This document shows positions 27,019 to 38,594 of a stretch of 64,000 nt of DNA, one piece after another. The first letter of the stretch is position 1; each line of letters starts with the position of its first letter. Origin of the DNA: Thermoanaerobaculia bacterium (GTDB taxonomy: Bacteria > Acidobacteriota > Thermoanaerobaculia > Multivoradales > UBA5704); assembly GCA_049284515.1 (NCBI GenBank), contig JBAPYB010000416.1, forward strand, positions 3,582 to 67,581, in the 5' to 3' direction. The position numbers and the translations under genes are program-made. Under the pieces are notes generated by a model. The model saw only the letters and a list, made by a program, of their open reading frames with translations. It did no database searches and was not told the DNA's origin.

Positions 27019-27086
27019 TTGTCTTTCTCCCTCTTCTCCCGGTTGGGGGGAGGGCGATGGGAGAAGAGGGCCGGGGTGATGAGGGG
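27019..27086. repeat. REP-like 68-bp hairpin element, copy 2
   Basis: Matches 9478-9545 at 66 of 68 positions. A second hairpin (ccccctctctccc...gggagagaggggg) lies at ~26960-27000. Confidence 0.75.
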
Positions 27087-27244
27087 CTCCCCAACCGCTT
27101 GAATCCAAAAAACCGGATCGTCTCCGTTTTTCTGGACGAACTGTCCGAAAAGTGTGAGAAAATCAGGGTTTAGGACGGATTCAAAATGTCGTTGGCGTGG
27201 CATAGAAAGTGCTTTATCCGCTCGTGGATCAGAGTCCTTTCTCC

Positions 27245-30057
27245 ATGACGCGGCTTCGCAATCTTCGACTGGCGCTCTCCCTTGCGCTCGCCATGGCAGT
27301 GGTGGCCTTGGGCGGCTTGAGCGTCGCCCGGAAGGTCCATAGCTTCCAGGCGCTGGGATTCGAGGTCACTCCCCAGGCCGGCGGCGTCGTGGTGAGCTCG
27401 GTGCAGATCCCCAAGACGGGACTGCGGCCGGGGGACGAGATCCTCACCGTCAACGGTCACGAAGTGCCGACCCGGGACCAGCTCGTGGAGGGGTTGCGCG
27501 AACGGCCGGCCAGCGAGCTCGGTTTCACCCGCGGCGACCAGTTCCTCCGCCTCCAGTACCACCGGCCGCCGCTCCAGATCGACTTCCCCTACCTGATCTT
27601 CTGCCTGATCTCCGTCGTCTACCTGGGGATCGGGCTCTATACCCTGCTGCGCCAGAAGGACGGCCAGGGATTTCTCTTCTACCTCTGGTGCCTGACCTCG
27701 GCGGCGCTCTACCTGTTCACTCTGGCGCCGCCGCCCGGCGCGGCCCGCACTCTGATCTACCTCGGCGACGAGCTCGCGCGACTGCTGCTGCCGGTGCTGA
27801 CGCTCCATCTGTTCCTGGTTTTCCCGACGCCGTTGGCCTCTGCGGCTACTGCGGCTACGCCGGAGACCAGAACCGCGGGCTGGATTCGCCGGCTGACTCC
27901 GTTCTTCTACCTGCCGGCGGCGGCGATGATGGCCCTGCAGCTCGACATGGTGCTCAACCACGGGCACATGGTGTTCGGCAAGGTCACGCCGGCGCGGCTC
28001 GCGGCCCTCGACCGCATCGAGCTGCTCTACTTCGCCGTCCTGCTGCTGGCGGCGGTCGGCGTCCTCTTCTGGCGCCTCCGCCGCGGCGCGGCCTGGGAGC
28101 AGCACCGCCAGATGCAATGGATGGCGTGGGGCGTCGCCTGCGGCTACCTACCGTTCCTGGCCCTGTACTTTGCCCCGCTCGCCCTGCACCTTCAGCCGTC
28201 GCAGCTCCTGACCTCGGCCGCCGTGCTCCCCCTGGGGCTGGTGCCGCTGACCTTCGCCTACGCCGTCCTGCGCTACAAGCTGTGGGACATCGAGGTCATC
28301 GTCCGCGACACGATCTCGCTGACGCTGACGCTGCTCCTCGGGATCATCGGCTTCTCGCTGGTCGACCTGGCGATCAACCACGGCATCTCCAAGGAGCTTT
28401 CCCTCGCCCGCAACCTGCTGTCGTTCCTCTCGGGCCTGGGCATCGCCGGCCTGCTGGTGCCCACCCGCGGCGCCATCTCCTCGGCGTTGGAGCGCATCCA
28501 CTACCGCGACACCTTCGGCAAGCGCAAGGCGCTGACGGGCCTCGGCCGCGAGTTGCTCCAGGAGCGCGATCTCGGACGCCTGTGCTCGGCCCTCCTCGAC
28601 CGCATTCAGGAAGCGGTGGACGTCGAGGCCACGAACCTCTATCTGCTCCAGGGGGAGGCTCTGGCGGTCATCCGGCCGGAGCCGGGTCTGCCCGGCCGGG
28701 TGCCGCTCGACGTCCTGGGCCTGGATCTCTGGACCCGGGACTTCGAGCGTCTCTCCGGCGTCGGCGTCTCCATGCCGGCCGAGTATCCCCTGCCCGGACG
28801 GTTGTTCGCGGCCGGCTACCGCTACGCCTTCCCGCTGACCGTGCGCGGCCGCGGCATCGGCATCGCCCTCGCCGGCTTCAAGCGCGACCACATGCCGCTC
28901 AACAGCGAGGACACGGACCTCATCCGCCACCTGCTCAACCAGGCGGCGCTCGCCATCGAGAACGCCCAGCTCGTGGGCCAGCTCCAGCTCCAACTGGAAG
29001 AGGTCCGCCAGCTCCAGAGCTACACCGAGGGGATCTTCGAGTCTTCCCCGGCCGGCATCGCGGTGCTGGACGGCGAGCGCCGGTTGCAGTCGGCCAACAG
29101 CGCTTTCGCCGGCATCGTGGGCCGCAGCCGCGACGAGGTCTCGGGCCTCAGCCTGGAAACCGTGCTGCCCGTGCAGCCGCTACCCGCTCCCGGCGAGGGG
29201 CCGGTCGAGGCGCGCTGGAGCGACGCCCAGGGGCGCGAGCGCCATCTCCAGCTCTCGCTCGCCTCCTTCGAGCACGGCTGGCGCCAGGGGCTCTACGTGC
29301 TGGTGGTGCACGACGTCTCGGAGCGGGTGGCGATGGAAAACGCACTGCACGAGAAGGATCGCCTGGCGGCCCTCGGCATGCTGGCAGCCGGCGTCGCCCA
29401 CGAGGTCAACACGCCGATCACCGGCATCTCCAGCTACGCCCAGATGCTGCTCCAGGAGACGGCGCCGTCGGATCCGCACTACGACATCCTGAAAAAGGTG
29501 GAGCGGCAGACGTTCCGCGCCTCGCGCATCGTCAACAACCTGCTCGACCACGCCCGCAGCCGCCAGAAGGAGCGGTCGCCGGTGGTCGTGGCGCCTCTGG
29601 TTTCCGAGTGTCTGGACCTCCTCGCCGAGCGGCTGAGCCAGAGCCACATCTCTCTACAGTGGACGCCATCTTCTGTTGACAGCAGCCGGCAGATCCAGGT
29701 GCTGGGCTGTGACGGCGAGCTCCAGCAGGTGTTCACCAACCTGATCGTCAACGCGGTGGACGCCATGCATGATACCGGCGGCCGGCTGACGGTCGAGCTG
29801 ACGGCGAATGACATGCTGGTAACTCTGCGGGTGAAGGACACCGGTCCAGGCGTGCCGGCCGACAAGCTCGAAATGATCTTCCAGCCCTTCTACTCGACCA
29901 AGCTCAGCCGCGGCGGTACCGGCCTGGGCCTGTCGATCAGCACCGAGATCGTCCAGCGCCACGGCGGCACCCTGCGGGTGGTGAGCCCGCCGGGAGAGGG
30001 GGCCTGCTTCCTGGTGGAGCTGCCCCGCTTCCAGGCTCCTCCTGGCAAAGTCACGGC

Positions 30058-30061
<4 letters not shown>
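27245..30061 (+). CDS. Sensor histidine kinase (PDZ, multi-TM, GAF/PAS, HisKA, HATPase)
   Basis: PDZ-like segment is GLRPGDEILTVNG. Many TM helices are present. H-box is AAGVAHEVNTPITGI. G-boxes are DTGPGVP and GTGLGLS. Confidence 0.85.
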
Positions 30062-31440
<1,379 letters not shown>

Positions 31441-31474
31441 TGACTCAGGAATCAGAAGAATTGGTGGAGTCCCA

Positions 31475-34192
31475 ATGGTCCGTAAGACGTCGTTCCTGAC
31501 GCTCGCTCTCGTCTTCACGGCGGTGTTCGCCTCGACTCGCGCCGGGATCGCCGGCGCCGAGGTCCCGGCCGGCCCGGCGCGCCCCGGAGTCATCGCGCCG
31601 CTTTCGCACGGCGAGACGCTCGATCTGCCCACCCTCGACGAGCGGCTCCCCCGCCCCGACGCCGTGCTGGGCTATCCCCTGGGCTCCCGTTTCACCTCCT
31701 GGGACCGCATCGTCGCCTACCTCGAAGCCCTGGATACGGCCTCGGCGAAAGTGAAGATGTGGGAGTACGGCCATACCTACGAGGGCCGGCCCCTGAAGCT
31801 GGTGGCGATCTCCAGCCCGGAGAACATCGAGCGGCTGGACGAGATCCGCGCCAACCTCCAGCGTCTGGCCGATCCGGCGGGCCTCACGGCAAGCGAGCGC
31901 GAGCGCCTGTTGCGCCATACGCCGGCCGTCGTCTGGCTGGCCTACGGCGTCCACGGCAACGAGGCCTCCTCGGCCGAGGCGGCGATGGGCACGGCCTACG
32001 TCCTCGCCGCCGCCCAGGGCGAGATGGCGCAGATGCTGGAGAGCCTGGTGGTGCTCGTCGATCCCTTGCAGAACCCCGACGGCCGGGAGCGCTACGTCAA
32101 CGGCTTCCGGCAGCGCCGGGGCGACGACGCGAATCCCCGCCGCGCCTCCGCCGAGCATTTCGAGGCCTGGCCCGGCGGCCGGCAGAACCACTACGTGATC
32201 GACCTCAACCGCGACTGGGCCTGGGCCAGCCAGCAGGAGACCCGGCAGCGCATCGCCGCCTACAGCTCCTGGGAGCCGCAGGTCTACGTCGACTTCCACG
32301 AGATGGGCACCGAGTCCTCCTACTTCTTCCCGCCCGCGGCCGAGCCGATCAATCCGTTGATCGATCGCCGCATCCTCGGCTGGCTCGACAAGTTCGGCCG
32401 CACCAACGCCGCCGCCTTCGACCACCAGGGCTGGATCTACTTCAAAGAGGAGAACTACGACCTCTTCTACCCTGGCTACGGCGACTCTTACCCGAGCCTG
32501 CGGGGCGCCGTGGGCATGACCTACGAGATGGCCGGCGGCGGCCGGGCGGGGACCGCGATGGCCCTCCAGGACGGCACCGTGCTGACCCTCGCCGACCGCG
32601 TAGCGCGCCACCTCACCACCTCGCTCGCCACGGTGCGCACGGCGGCCAGGAACAGCCACAAGCTGCTGGAGGATTTCACCGCCGGCAGGGCCAAGGCAGG
32701 CGGCGAGCCCGCGCGCACCTTCCTCTGGCCGGCGGACCAGCAGGAGGCCCGCGCCCTCGCCGACCTCCTGACCCTGCACGGCGTGCGGGTGAGCCAGCTC
32801 AAGCAGCCGGTGGAGGTCCCGGTCAAGCCCCTGAGCCGCGGCGCGGGCGAGCCGCAGCCGCGCAAGTTCGCGGCCGGCACCTACGCCGTCTCCACCGTGC
32901 AGCCGCTGGGCAACCTCGTCGCGGCACTGATGGAGCTCGAATCGCCTATGAACAAGGGCTTCCTCGACCGCCAGCGCCAGCGCCTGGAGCAGAACCTCGA
33001 CGCCGAGTTCTACGACATCACCGCCTGGTCGCTCCCCCTGGCCTACAACGTCCGCACCTGGATCGCCCAGGGCGACGTTACCAGCGGCAACGGCGGGAAC
33101 GGCAAGGCGGCCCTCGAGCCGGCGGCCGGCGGCATCCGCGGCGAGGGCGACCTCGGCTGGCTGGTGCCGCCGCAGGGGATCGCCTCCTATCGCCTGGCGG
33201 CGGCCCTCCAGAAACGGCAGGTGCGTTACCGCGTGGCGCTCGCCGCCTTCACCGGCGGCGGCGCCAGCTATCCGGCCGGCACCCTCTTCATCCCCCGCCG
33301 GGCCAATCCGGACAACCTGCGGGAGACGCTTCACGCCCTGCTTCAGGAGGACCGCCTGACCGCCCAGGCCGTGGCCTCGTCCTGGGACTTCAAGGGCTCG
33401 CTGGGCTCGCACGACATGGCGGCGGTGCGGCCCGCGCGGGTAGGGCTGATCAGCGGCGACGGCGTCGACTCCACCTCCTTCGGCTTCCTCTGGTACCTGC
33501 TCGACCGTCAGATCGGCGTGGACCATGACCGCATCGATCTCGCCCAGATCCGGCAGATCCCGCTCTCCGACTTCGACGTCCTCGTCTTCCCCAGCGGCGG
33601 CTATGACGACCGCGTGAGCGACAAGGTCAAGGAGGCGCTCGACGCCTGGGTGAAAGCCGGCGGCGTGCTGGTGGCCATCGGCGACGCCGTGAGCTGGCTC
33701 CAGGACAAGGAGCTGACCTCCATCAAGCGCTGGATGCCGCCGAAGAAGCCGGACACCGAGGACTCCAAGGAAACCGAGGACCCGGAGGTCGGCGAGACGC
33801 CGCTCGAAAAGCAGCTCGCCTCGAAACCCATCTTCACCCCCGGCGCCGTGCTGGCCACCAGGATGCAGTCGCAGCACGAGCTGACCCTGGGGCTCACCAC
33901 GCCGCCGGATGTCCTCTATGAGGGCTCGCTGGTGCTGAAGACCACGAACGATCCGCGGCAGGACGTGCTGACGGCCCTGGACGACCGGCCCGTGGTGGCC
34001 GGCTTCGCCTGGCCCGAGGCCGAGCGGCGGCTGGCGGGCTCGCTGCTGGTGGGCACCGAAGCGCGCGGCCGCGGCAGCGTCGTGCTCTTCGCCGAGGACC
34101 CCGCCTACCGTCTCTTCTGGCGCGGCACGACGCCCATCCTCCTCAACGCCCTGCTCTATGGTCCGAGCACGGGCCTGGGGCGGAGGTTCTAG
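31475..34192 (+). CDS. M14-family zinc carboxypeptidase-like protein
   Basis: 905 aa with a signal peptide. Contains HGNEASS (the HxxE zinc motif context) and DLNRDW. Confidence 0.8.
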   Translation: MVRKTSFLTLALVFTAVFASTRAGIAGAEVPAGPARPGVIAPLSHGETLDLPTLDERLPRPDAVLGYPLGSRFTSWDRIVAYLEALDTASAKVKMWEYGHTYEGRPLKLVAISSPENIERLDEIRANLQRLADPAGLTASERERLLRHTPAVVWLAYGVHGNEASSAEAAMGTAYVLAAAQGEMAQMLESLVVLVDPLQNPDGRERYVNGFRQRRGDDANPRRASAEHFEAWPGGRQNHYVIDLNRDWAWASQQETRQRIAAYSSWEPQVYVDFHEMGTESSYFFPPAAEPINPLIDRRILGWLDKFGRTNAAAFDHQGWIYFKEENYDLFYPGYGDSYPSLRGAVGMTYEMAGGGRAGTAMALQDGTVLTLADRVARHLTTSLATVRTAARNSHKLLEDFTAGRAKAGGEPARTFLWPADQQEARALADLLTLHGVRVSQLKQPVEVPVKPLSRGAGEPQPRKFAAGTYAVSTVQPLGNLVAALMELESPMNKGFLDRQRQRLEQNLDAEFYDITAWSLPLAYNVRTWIAQGDVTSGNGGNGKAALEPAAGGIRGEGDLGWLVPPQGIASYRLAAALQKRQVRYRVALAAFTGGGASYPAGTLFIPRRANPDNLRETLHALLQEDRLTAQAVASSWDFKGSLGSHDMAAVRPARVGLISGDGVDSTSFGFLWYLLDRQIGVDHDRIDLAQIRQIPLSDFDVLVFPSGGYDDRVSDKVKEALDAWVKAGGVLVAIGDAVSWLQDKELTSIKRWMPPKKPDTEDSKETEDPEVGETPLEKQLASKPIFTPGAVLATRMQSQHELTLGLTTPPDVLYEGSLVLKTTNDPRQDVLTALDDRPVVAGFAWPEAERRLAGSLLVGTEARGRGSVVLFAEDPAYRLFWRGTTPILLNALLYGPSTGLGRRF

Positions 34193-34297
34193 AGCCTCTC
34201 ACCGCGGGCCCCTCCTGCGCCTATGCCCGTGCGACCCGCCGATGCGAGCCCACATCGTGACGCTGGACGCGGCACTTTAGCCGTTGGACCTGTAAAT

Positions 34298-34425
34298 CGC
34301 GCCGATGGACGTGTCCATCGAGCCAATGTGCGTGTCCATCGAGCCGAGGTGCGTGTCCATCGAGCCGAGGTGCGTGTCCATCACGGAAAAGTGCGTGTCC
34401 ATCGAGCCGATGTGTGCGTCCATCG
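34298..34425. repeat. 21-bp tandem repeat array A (about 6 units)
   Basis: The unit cgagccgaggtgcgtgtccat is repeated head to tail. It shares the gtgcgtg core with arrays B and C. Confidence 0.85.
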
Positions 34426-34546
34426 TCTGGAGTGGCGGGGAACCCGAAGAGGGTGTTTGATGGTCGGCGGCTTCAACCTGTCCACCAACCGGAACATTCC
34501 GCAGTACAGCTTGACCTCTCCGCTGAGGAGACGATACAACGCCTCC

Positions 34547-34840
34547 ATGAAGACTCTCACCTTCACCGAGGCAAGGAAGAACCTGAGTCACTGGCTGGCG
34601 GCCGCCGCCGGTGGCGATGACGTCGGCATCATCTTGGGAGCCAACGTCATCGCCCTCCGCAAGGTGGAAGTGGAATCTACGGACTTTGCACAGCGTGAAT
34701 ACGGCGCGACGCCAGAGCAGGTCGCCGCTTTGCAGGAGGCCGTGGACGACCGCTATCGCCGGCTCAGGCGCTCGGGGAAACTCAAGACGGTCCCGGTGGA
34801 CGAGCTGAGAGGGCTGCTTGAAGAAGCCTCTCTCCCTTGA
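34547..34840 (+). CDS. Phd/YefM-like antitoxin with no adjacent toxin
   Basis: 97 aa starting MKTLTFTEARKNLSHWL, a typical Phd/YefM N-terminus. Trimmed from ORF 34223..34840, whose N-terminus is a translation of array A. Confidence 0.6.
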   Translation: MKTLTFTEARKNLSHWLAAAAGGDDVGIILGANVIALRKVEVESTDFAQREYGATPEQVAALQEAVDDRYRRLRRSGKLKTVPVDELRGLLEEASLP

Positions 34841-34881
34841 CCGGGACCGGGGAACGCAGATCGAATCGTTCTAGAGAAGCC

Positions 34882-35313
34882 ATGAGCGCCCACGAGAGAG
34901 CCCACCACGTCGAGCCCATCACCGTCCGCTGGGGCGACATGGACTCGATGGGCCACGTCAACAACGCCAAGTACTTCACCTACAGCGAGTCGGCCCGCAT
35001 GAGCTACTTCGCGGCGGTGCGCATGAAGGAGCTCAGCGAGGCCCCGCAGCACGGGCCGGCCCTGGCCGCGGCCAGCCTCAACTTCCGCGCCCAGGTGCGC
35101 TACCCCGCCGAGCTCGAAGTCGCCACCCGCGTCACCGAAATCGGCCGCAGCAGCTTCAAGATGGAGTACGAGATCCTCTACCGCGACACCGACGACCGCG
35201 TCGCCGACGGCACCGGCGTCATCGTCTGGGTCGACTATGGAACGGGCAAGCCGATCCCGCTCCCCGAGAGCCTCAAGGAGGAGATCCGGCGATTCGAGGG
35301 GATGGCGTCGTAA
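34882..35313 (+). CDS. Acyl-CoA thioesterase (4HBT/YbgC-like hotdog fold)
   Basis: Contains VRWGDMDSMGHVNNAKYFTY, the characteristic thioesterase motif. 143 aa. Confidence 0.8.
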   Translation: MSAHERAHHVEPITVRWGDMDSMGHVNNAKYFTYSESARMSYFAAVRMKELSEAPQHGPALAAASLNFRAQVRYPAELEVATRVTEIGRSSFKMEYEILYRDTDDRVADGTGVIVWVDYGTGKPIPLPESLKEEIRRFEGMAS

Positions 35314-35354
35314 CGCCGACCGCTCAACTCGTCTCGCCGAGCGCGCTACTCGCG

Positions 35355-35720
35355 ACAAAGTGCACTGTATTTCAGTCGTTGGACGTGCACGTCGGAATAA
35401 TGAGCACGCACTTTGTCTCGAGAAGCATGCTCCTCGTGACAAAGAGCACGCTTCTCGTGATGAAGAGCACGCTTCTCGTGACGAAGAGCATGCTCTTTTC
35501 AAAAAAGAGCGTGCTCCTCGGGACGAAGTGCGTGCTCCTCGGAGAAAAGAGTGTGCTCTTCGGACCGCAGAGCATGCTCCTTTCAAAAAAGAGCGTGCTC
35601 CGCGGGACAAAGAGCATGCTCCGCGGAGAAAAGAGCGTGCTCCGCGGACCGAAGAGCGTGCTCATTTCAAAAAAGTGCGTGCTCCTCGGAGAAAAGAGCA
35701 TGCTCTTCGTCACAAGGAGC
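35355..35720. repeat. 21-bp tandem repeat array B (about 15-17 units, core GAGCRYGCTC)
   Basis: Units such as gagcacgcttctcgtgacgaa and gagcatgctccgcggagaaaa are repeated head to tail. All six frames are open across the array. Confidence 0.9.
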
Positions 35721-35889
35721 GGTACTGTCCTAGTTTGATTTTCCCCCGGGAATTCGCCCCGTTTCCGCCCTGTTTGCGGTACCTTCCTCCGTAGGGGGAG
35801 GGGCCATCCTTCTCCCGCCCAAACCAGACGGCCCGGCGGTGTGCGCGAACACGTCCGCCGAGCCTGAGCCCAGCAGGAGGACTAACCCC

Positions 35890-36336
35890 ATGCCGGACCT
35901 AGCACGGAAGTCTATCGCGTCCAGTCCGCCCCCATCCCCACCGCCTGAAAAGGCCGTCTCTCCGCCCATCATCGACCCGGAGCACTTCGAGGACTTCATG
36001 GTGTTCCGCGAGACCTTCATGGTCTTCTTTCCGGACCGCAGGGCCAACGGCGAAATGAGGGGTTTCGCTCGTCTGCTTTTCGAGATGGTTATCGAGACGT
36101 GGGGCGGATGGCCGGATCACCCGGAGGGCATCTTTCCCGCCGAGCTGCGCGCTGCCGTGGCAGACATGCGGCACCTACAGGGCGCCATGTCGAATTGGTG
36201 CGGCCCGGCCTTCACGGCATCGGGCGAGTACGAAACCCGCCTTGCAGGAGTCGGCGCCAGCATCGCGCTCGCCGTGGGCGAGCTGGCAGACCGCTTGGAA
36301 GTGGAGCTGGACTCCTGGCAGGGCAAGCCGTCATGA
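35890..36336 (+). CDS. Hypothetical protein (transposon passenger)
   Basis: ORF 35839..36336 with probable start at MPDLARK. ATGA overlap with the next gene. Confidence 0.45.
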   Translation: MPDLARKSIASSPPPSPPPEKAVSPPIIDPEHFEDFMVFRETFMVFFPDRRANGEMRGFARLLFEMVIETWGGWPDHPEGIFPAELRAAVADMRHLQGAMSNWCGPAFTASGEYETRLAGVGASIALAVGELADRLEVELDSWQGKPS

Positions 36337-36725
36337 GTTGGAATCCCGCCGCCGACCGCAAGCGCCTTGCCCCCTTCGGGACCTACGATCCCGAGCGGTA
36401 CCGCGTCACCGTTCACGACACCTTCCAGCAATACAAGCTCCGCATGGCGGCGACTCAGATTCGGAGCGGCATGTCCGTGCCCGAGTTCCTACTCTTCGCG
36501 GCGGAGTACACCATTGCCCACCATCGCGAGCTGCGCCACTTCGCGGCAGTCTTCCGCAAGGGCGCCCGGGAGATCGCCGTAGCTGGCGCCAAGCCTGTGA
36601 ATCCCTCTCAGTACGTCTCCACCCCGGAATCGGAGCGGGAACGCAATCGCTACTCCGCCCTCTGTCACTTCTGCGCGTGGGCGGGAGAGAAGCTCATCCG
36701 CCGGGGAAAGGAGGAACAAGGGTGA
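36333..36725 (+). CDS. Hypothetical protein (transposon passenger)
   Basis: 130 aa starting at MSWNPAADRK. Coupled to its neighbours by ATGA upstream and GTGA downstream. Confidence 0.5.
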   Translation: MSWNPAADRKRLAPFGTYDPERYRVTVHDTFQQYKLRMAATQIRSGMSVPEFLLFAAEYTIAHHRELRHFAAVFRKGAREIAVAGAKPVNPSQYVSTPESERERNRYSALCHFCAWAGEKLIRRGKEEQG

Positions 36726-37165
36726 AGACGGCGAGCTTTACCGTGCATGCCGATGTCCGGCAGTCCGCGAGATGGAAGCAGGCGGCAGAGGGGGAAGGCT
36801 ATCCCTCAGTCGGCGGATGGCTCGCCGTGGCAGCGGACCGCCACCTGCAAGCCGTGGCACGTAGCGGACGGCCCGTCCCTCTGGCTTGGCGTCTGGGGAG
36901 CTTCAACGTCCGCCTGGAGGGCGGCGAGCTGGCGCGGGTCCGGGGCCACGTCTCGCCGCCGTTCGGTTCCTTCGCAGGGACGGATAAAGGCCCGGCAAGG
37001 TACGCCGGACGCGGGCGGCATCCGCTGGTGTTCCTGCCAGACTGCCGCATCATCGCCACCCTTCGCAGCTACCGCGAGTGCAAGACGTTGGCGGCAGAGA
37101 TCGCCCCCGCCCTGATTCGCGGCGAGCTTCCGGACCCTGCCGCCATCCTCAAGCATCACCTATAA
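36722..37165 (+). CDS. Hypothetical protein (transposon passenger)
   Basis: 147 aa from a GTG start (VKTASFTVHADV). Translationally coupled to the upstream gene. Confidence 0.5.
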   Translation: MKTASFTVHADVRQSARWKQAAEGEGYPSVGGWLAVAADRHLQAVARSGRPVPLAWRLGSFNVRLEGGELARVRGHVSPPFGSFAGTDKGPARYAGRGRHPLVFLPDCRIIATLRSYRECKTLAAEIAPALIRGELPDPAAILKHHL

Positions 37166-37217
37166 ACCACCACTGCGAGCCAGTCCTTCGGGGCTGGCTC
37201 GTGCTACTTTAGGAGCC

Positions 37218-37454
37218 ATGCCCATGCGCCCGAAACGTTCCGCCGATCCCGTCAAGGCTGCTCACCAGCTATACCTAGAGATCATCGGGGAAGCCCCCGT
37301 CCAGCCCATGCCGGAGAACACTCCGGCCGCCGTCGCCGTGCGCCGTGGCGCGGCTGAGGGGGGCCAGAAGCGAGCGGCCAAGCTCACCCCCGAGCGACGG
37401 CGAGAGATCGCCCAGAAGGCCGCCGCGAAGCGCTGGAAAAAGCCCTCCCCGTAG
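37218..37454 (+). CDS. Small basic protein, possible DNA-binding protein
   Basis: 78 aa. The C-terminus GGQKRAAKLTPERRREIAQKAAAKRWKK is a pattern common in phage and plasmid small proteins. Confidence 0.5.
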   Translation: MPMRPKRSADPVKAAHQLYLEIIGEAPVQPMPENTPAAVAVRRGAAEGGQKRAAKLTPERRREIAQKAAAKRWKKPSP

Positions 37455-37622
37455 TCCCCCGCCCCTGGTAGAATCCCCTCCGGCGTGGCTAGGTTTGGCC
37501 ACCGAACGCCGGTTCCCCACAGCCGGCCCGCCGCGCCTTTCTTCCCTTCTCCCTTCTGTGGGCGGCGCCTGTGGGGGTGCTTCATCGCCAAGTGGCCCGG
37601 AGATCCGGCAGCGATTCAGTGC

Positions 37623-38159
37623 ATGGTCAACATGCTCGCGGGTGAGTCTCCGCCTAGCATACGGGACGCCGCCGCCCGGTGTTGTCGTGGAATGTCCGGA
37701 GATCCGAAGAAGCATATTGAACGACTTCGCAGACGATACCGCACGCTTGCCAAGCGCGGTAAGCTTCCCCTGCCAGAAACTCCCGCCTCCCGCTTGCAAG
37801 CCAAGGTCGCCGAACTCAGGGCGATGTACGAACATACCGATGCCAGGATCGAGGTCGCCCGGCGGGATCTCGTTTTGGCTGAAGACGAAGCCAAAGCACT
37901 TGGGCTCGACATCGAAGGTCCAAAACTCCAGCCTGTTCTCGCGGCGCTAGATCTAACAAAGGACCGCCTGGAATCCCTCACTATTTACCCTACCGAGATC
38001 GCCTATTCGCATTACAGGAACCAAGGACTAACTGTAGATCAGGCAGAAGAGCGGCTCATTCAAGAAACCGCGAAACTACAGTTAGTGAAAGAGCAAATCG
38101 AAATCACTCGGAAGGTCCGCGACCTCCGGGCCATCGCAGGGATTCCCTACCACGAGTAG
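37623..38159 (+). CDS. Coiled-coil protein, hypothetical
   Basis: 178 aa from MVNMLAGE. The start is uncertain (the ORF opens at 37485). Confidence 0.45.
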   Translation: MVNMLAGESPPSIRDAAARCCRGMSGDPKKHIERLRRRYRTLAKRGKLPLPETPASRLQAKVAELRAMYEHTDARIEVARRDLVLAEDEAKALGLDIEGPKLQPVLAALDLTKDRLESLTIYPTEIAYSHYRNQGLTVDQAEERLIQETAKLQLVKEQIEITRKVRDLRAIAGIPYHE

Positions 38160-38173
38160 TTCTTCCCCAGGCG

Positions 38174-38263
38174 TGGGGAAAACTATCCAAGAGCCTGGGG
38201 AAAACCTGTCTTTGGCTGGGGAAAATTGCCTGCTAAGCTGGGGAAAAGTTGCATCTTTTCCCC
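38174..38263 (+). promoter_or_regulatory. Iteron-like array: 4 direct TGGGGAAAA repeats plus 1 inverted copy
   Basis: Direct copies lie at 38174, 38196, 38217 and 38239 (spacing 22/21/22 bp). The inverted copy ttttcccc lies at 38256-38263. Confidence 0.7.
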
Positions 38264-38558
38264 GCTAAAATCAATGTTTGCAACGGTTTGAGTCTTACGG
38301 TAGGGTGGGGGAGTTGAGGGCCGACGGATTCAGGCCGCCGACCCTCAAGAGAAACCAGACGTAGCGGTCCGGAGTTCTCCGCAAGGGCAGTATACCTCCG
38401 GACCGCCGCGCCTCGAAAGGAGGACGCGGTGATTTACCCCAACTGCAAGCGCTGGAAGCTCATGTGGTCCCACCTTCCCCGGAAGGCGTAGCTACGCCCC
38501 GAGCGGGCCGGGGAGGGACTAGCGCCGCATTTTTCTTGAACTTACTTCGTTCTACCTA

Positions 38559-38587
38559 TTGACTTTCCCGACAAGGGCAAGCATAAT
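38559..38587 (+). promoter_or_regulatory. Sigma-70-like promoter of the transposase, possibly giving a leaderless mRNA
   Basis: TTGACT (38559-38564), a 17-nt spacer, then CATAAT (38582-38587). The transposase ATG at 38595 is 7 nt downstream of the -10 element. Confidence 0.45.
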
Positions 38588-38594
38588 GACGATT

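Noticed and set aside
35237-35794. Multiple overlapping ORFs across the 21-bp arrays on both strands, translating as heptad repeats. Examples are 35237..35794, 35379..35738, 35372..35713, 34753..35610, 40240..40563, 40262..40621 and 40283..40585.
   Set aside because: All six frames are open simply because the repeat unit lacks stop codons. The ORFs overlap each other and the thioesterase gene, lack plausible starts, and one terminates only inside the transposon end. I treat them as non-coding repeats, and the coding alternative is noted in the findings.
38280-38520. Possible tRNA, tmRNA or retron-like ncRNA in the structured region of the transposon
   Set aside because: I could not fold a cloverleaf or find an anticodon-arm pattern by eye, and there is no reverse transcriptase nearby. 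It is kept only as an unspecified structured region in the findings.
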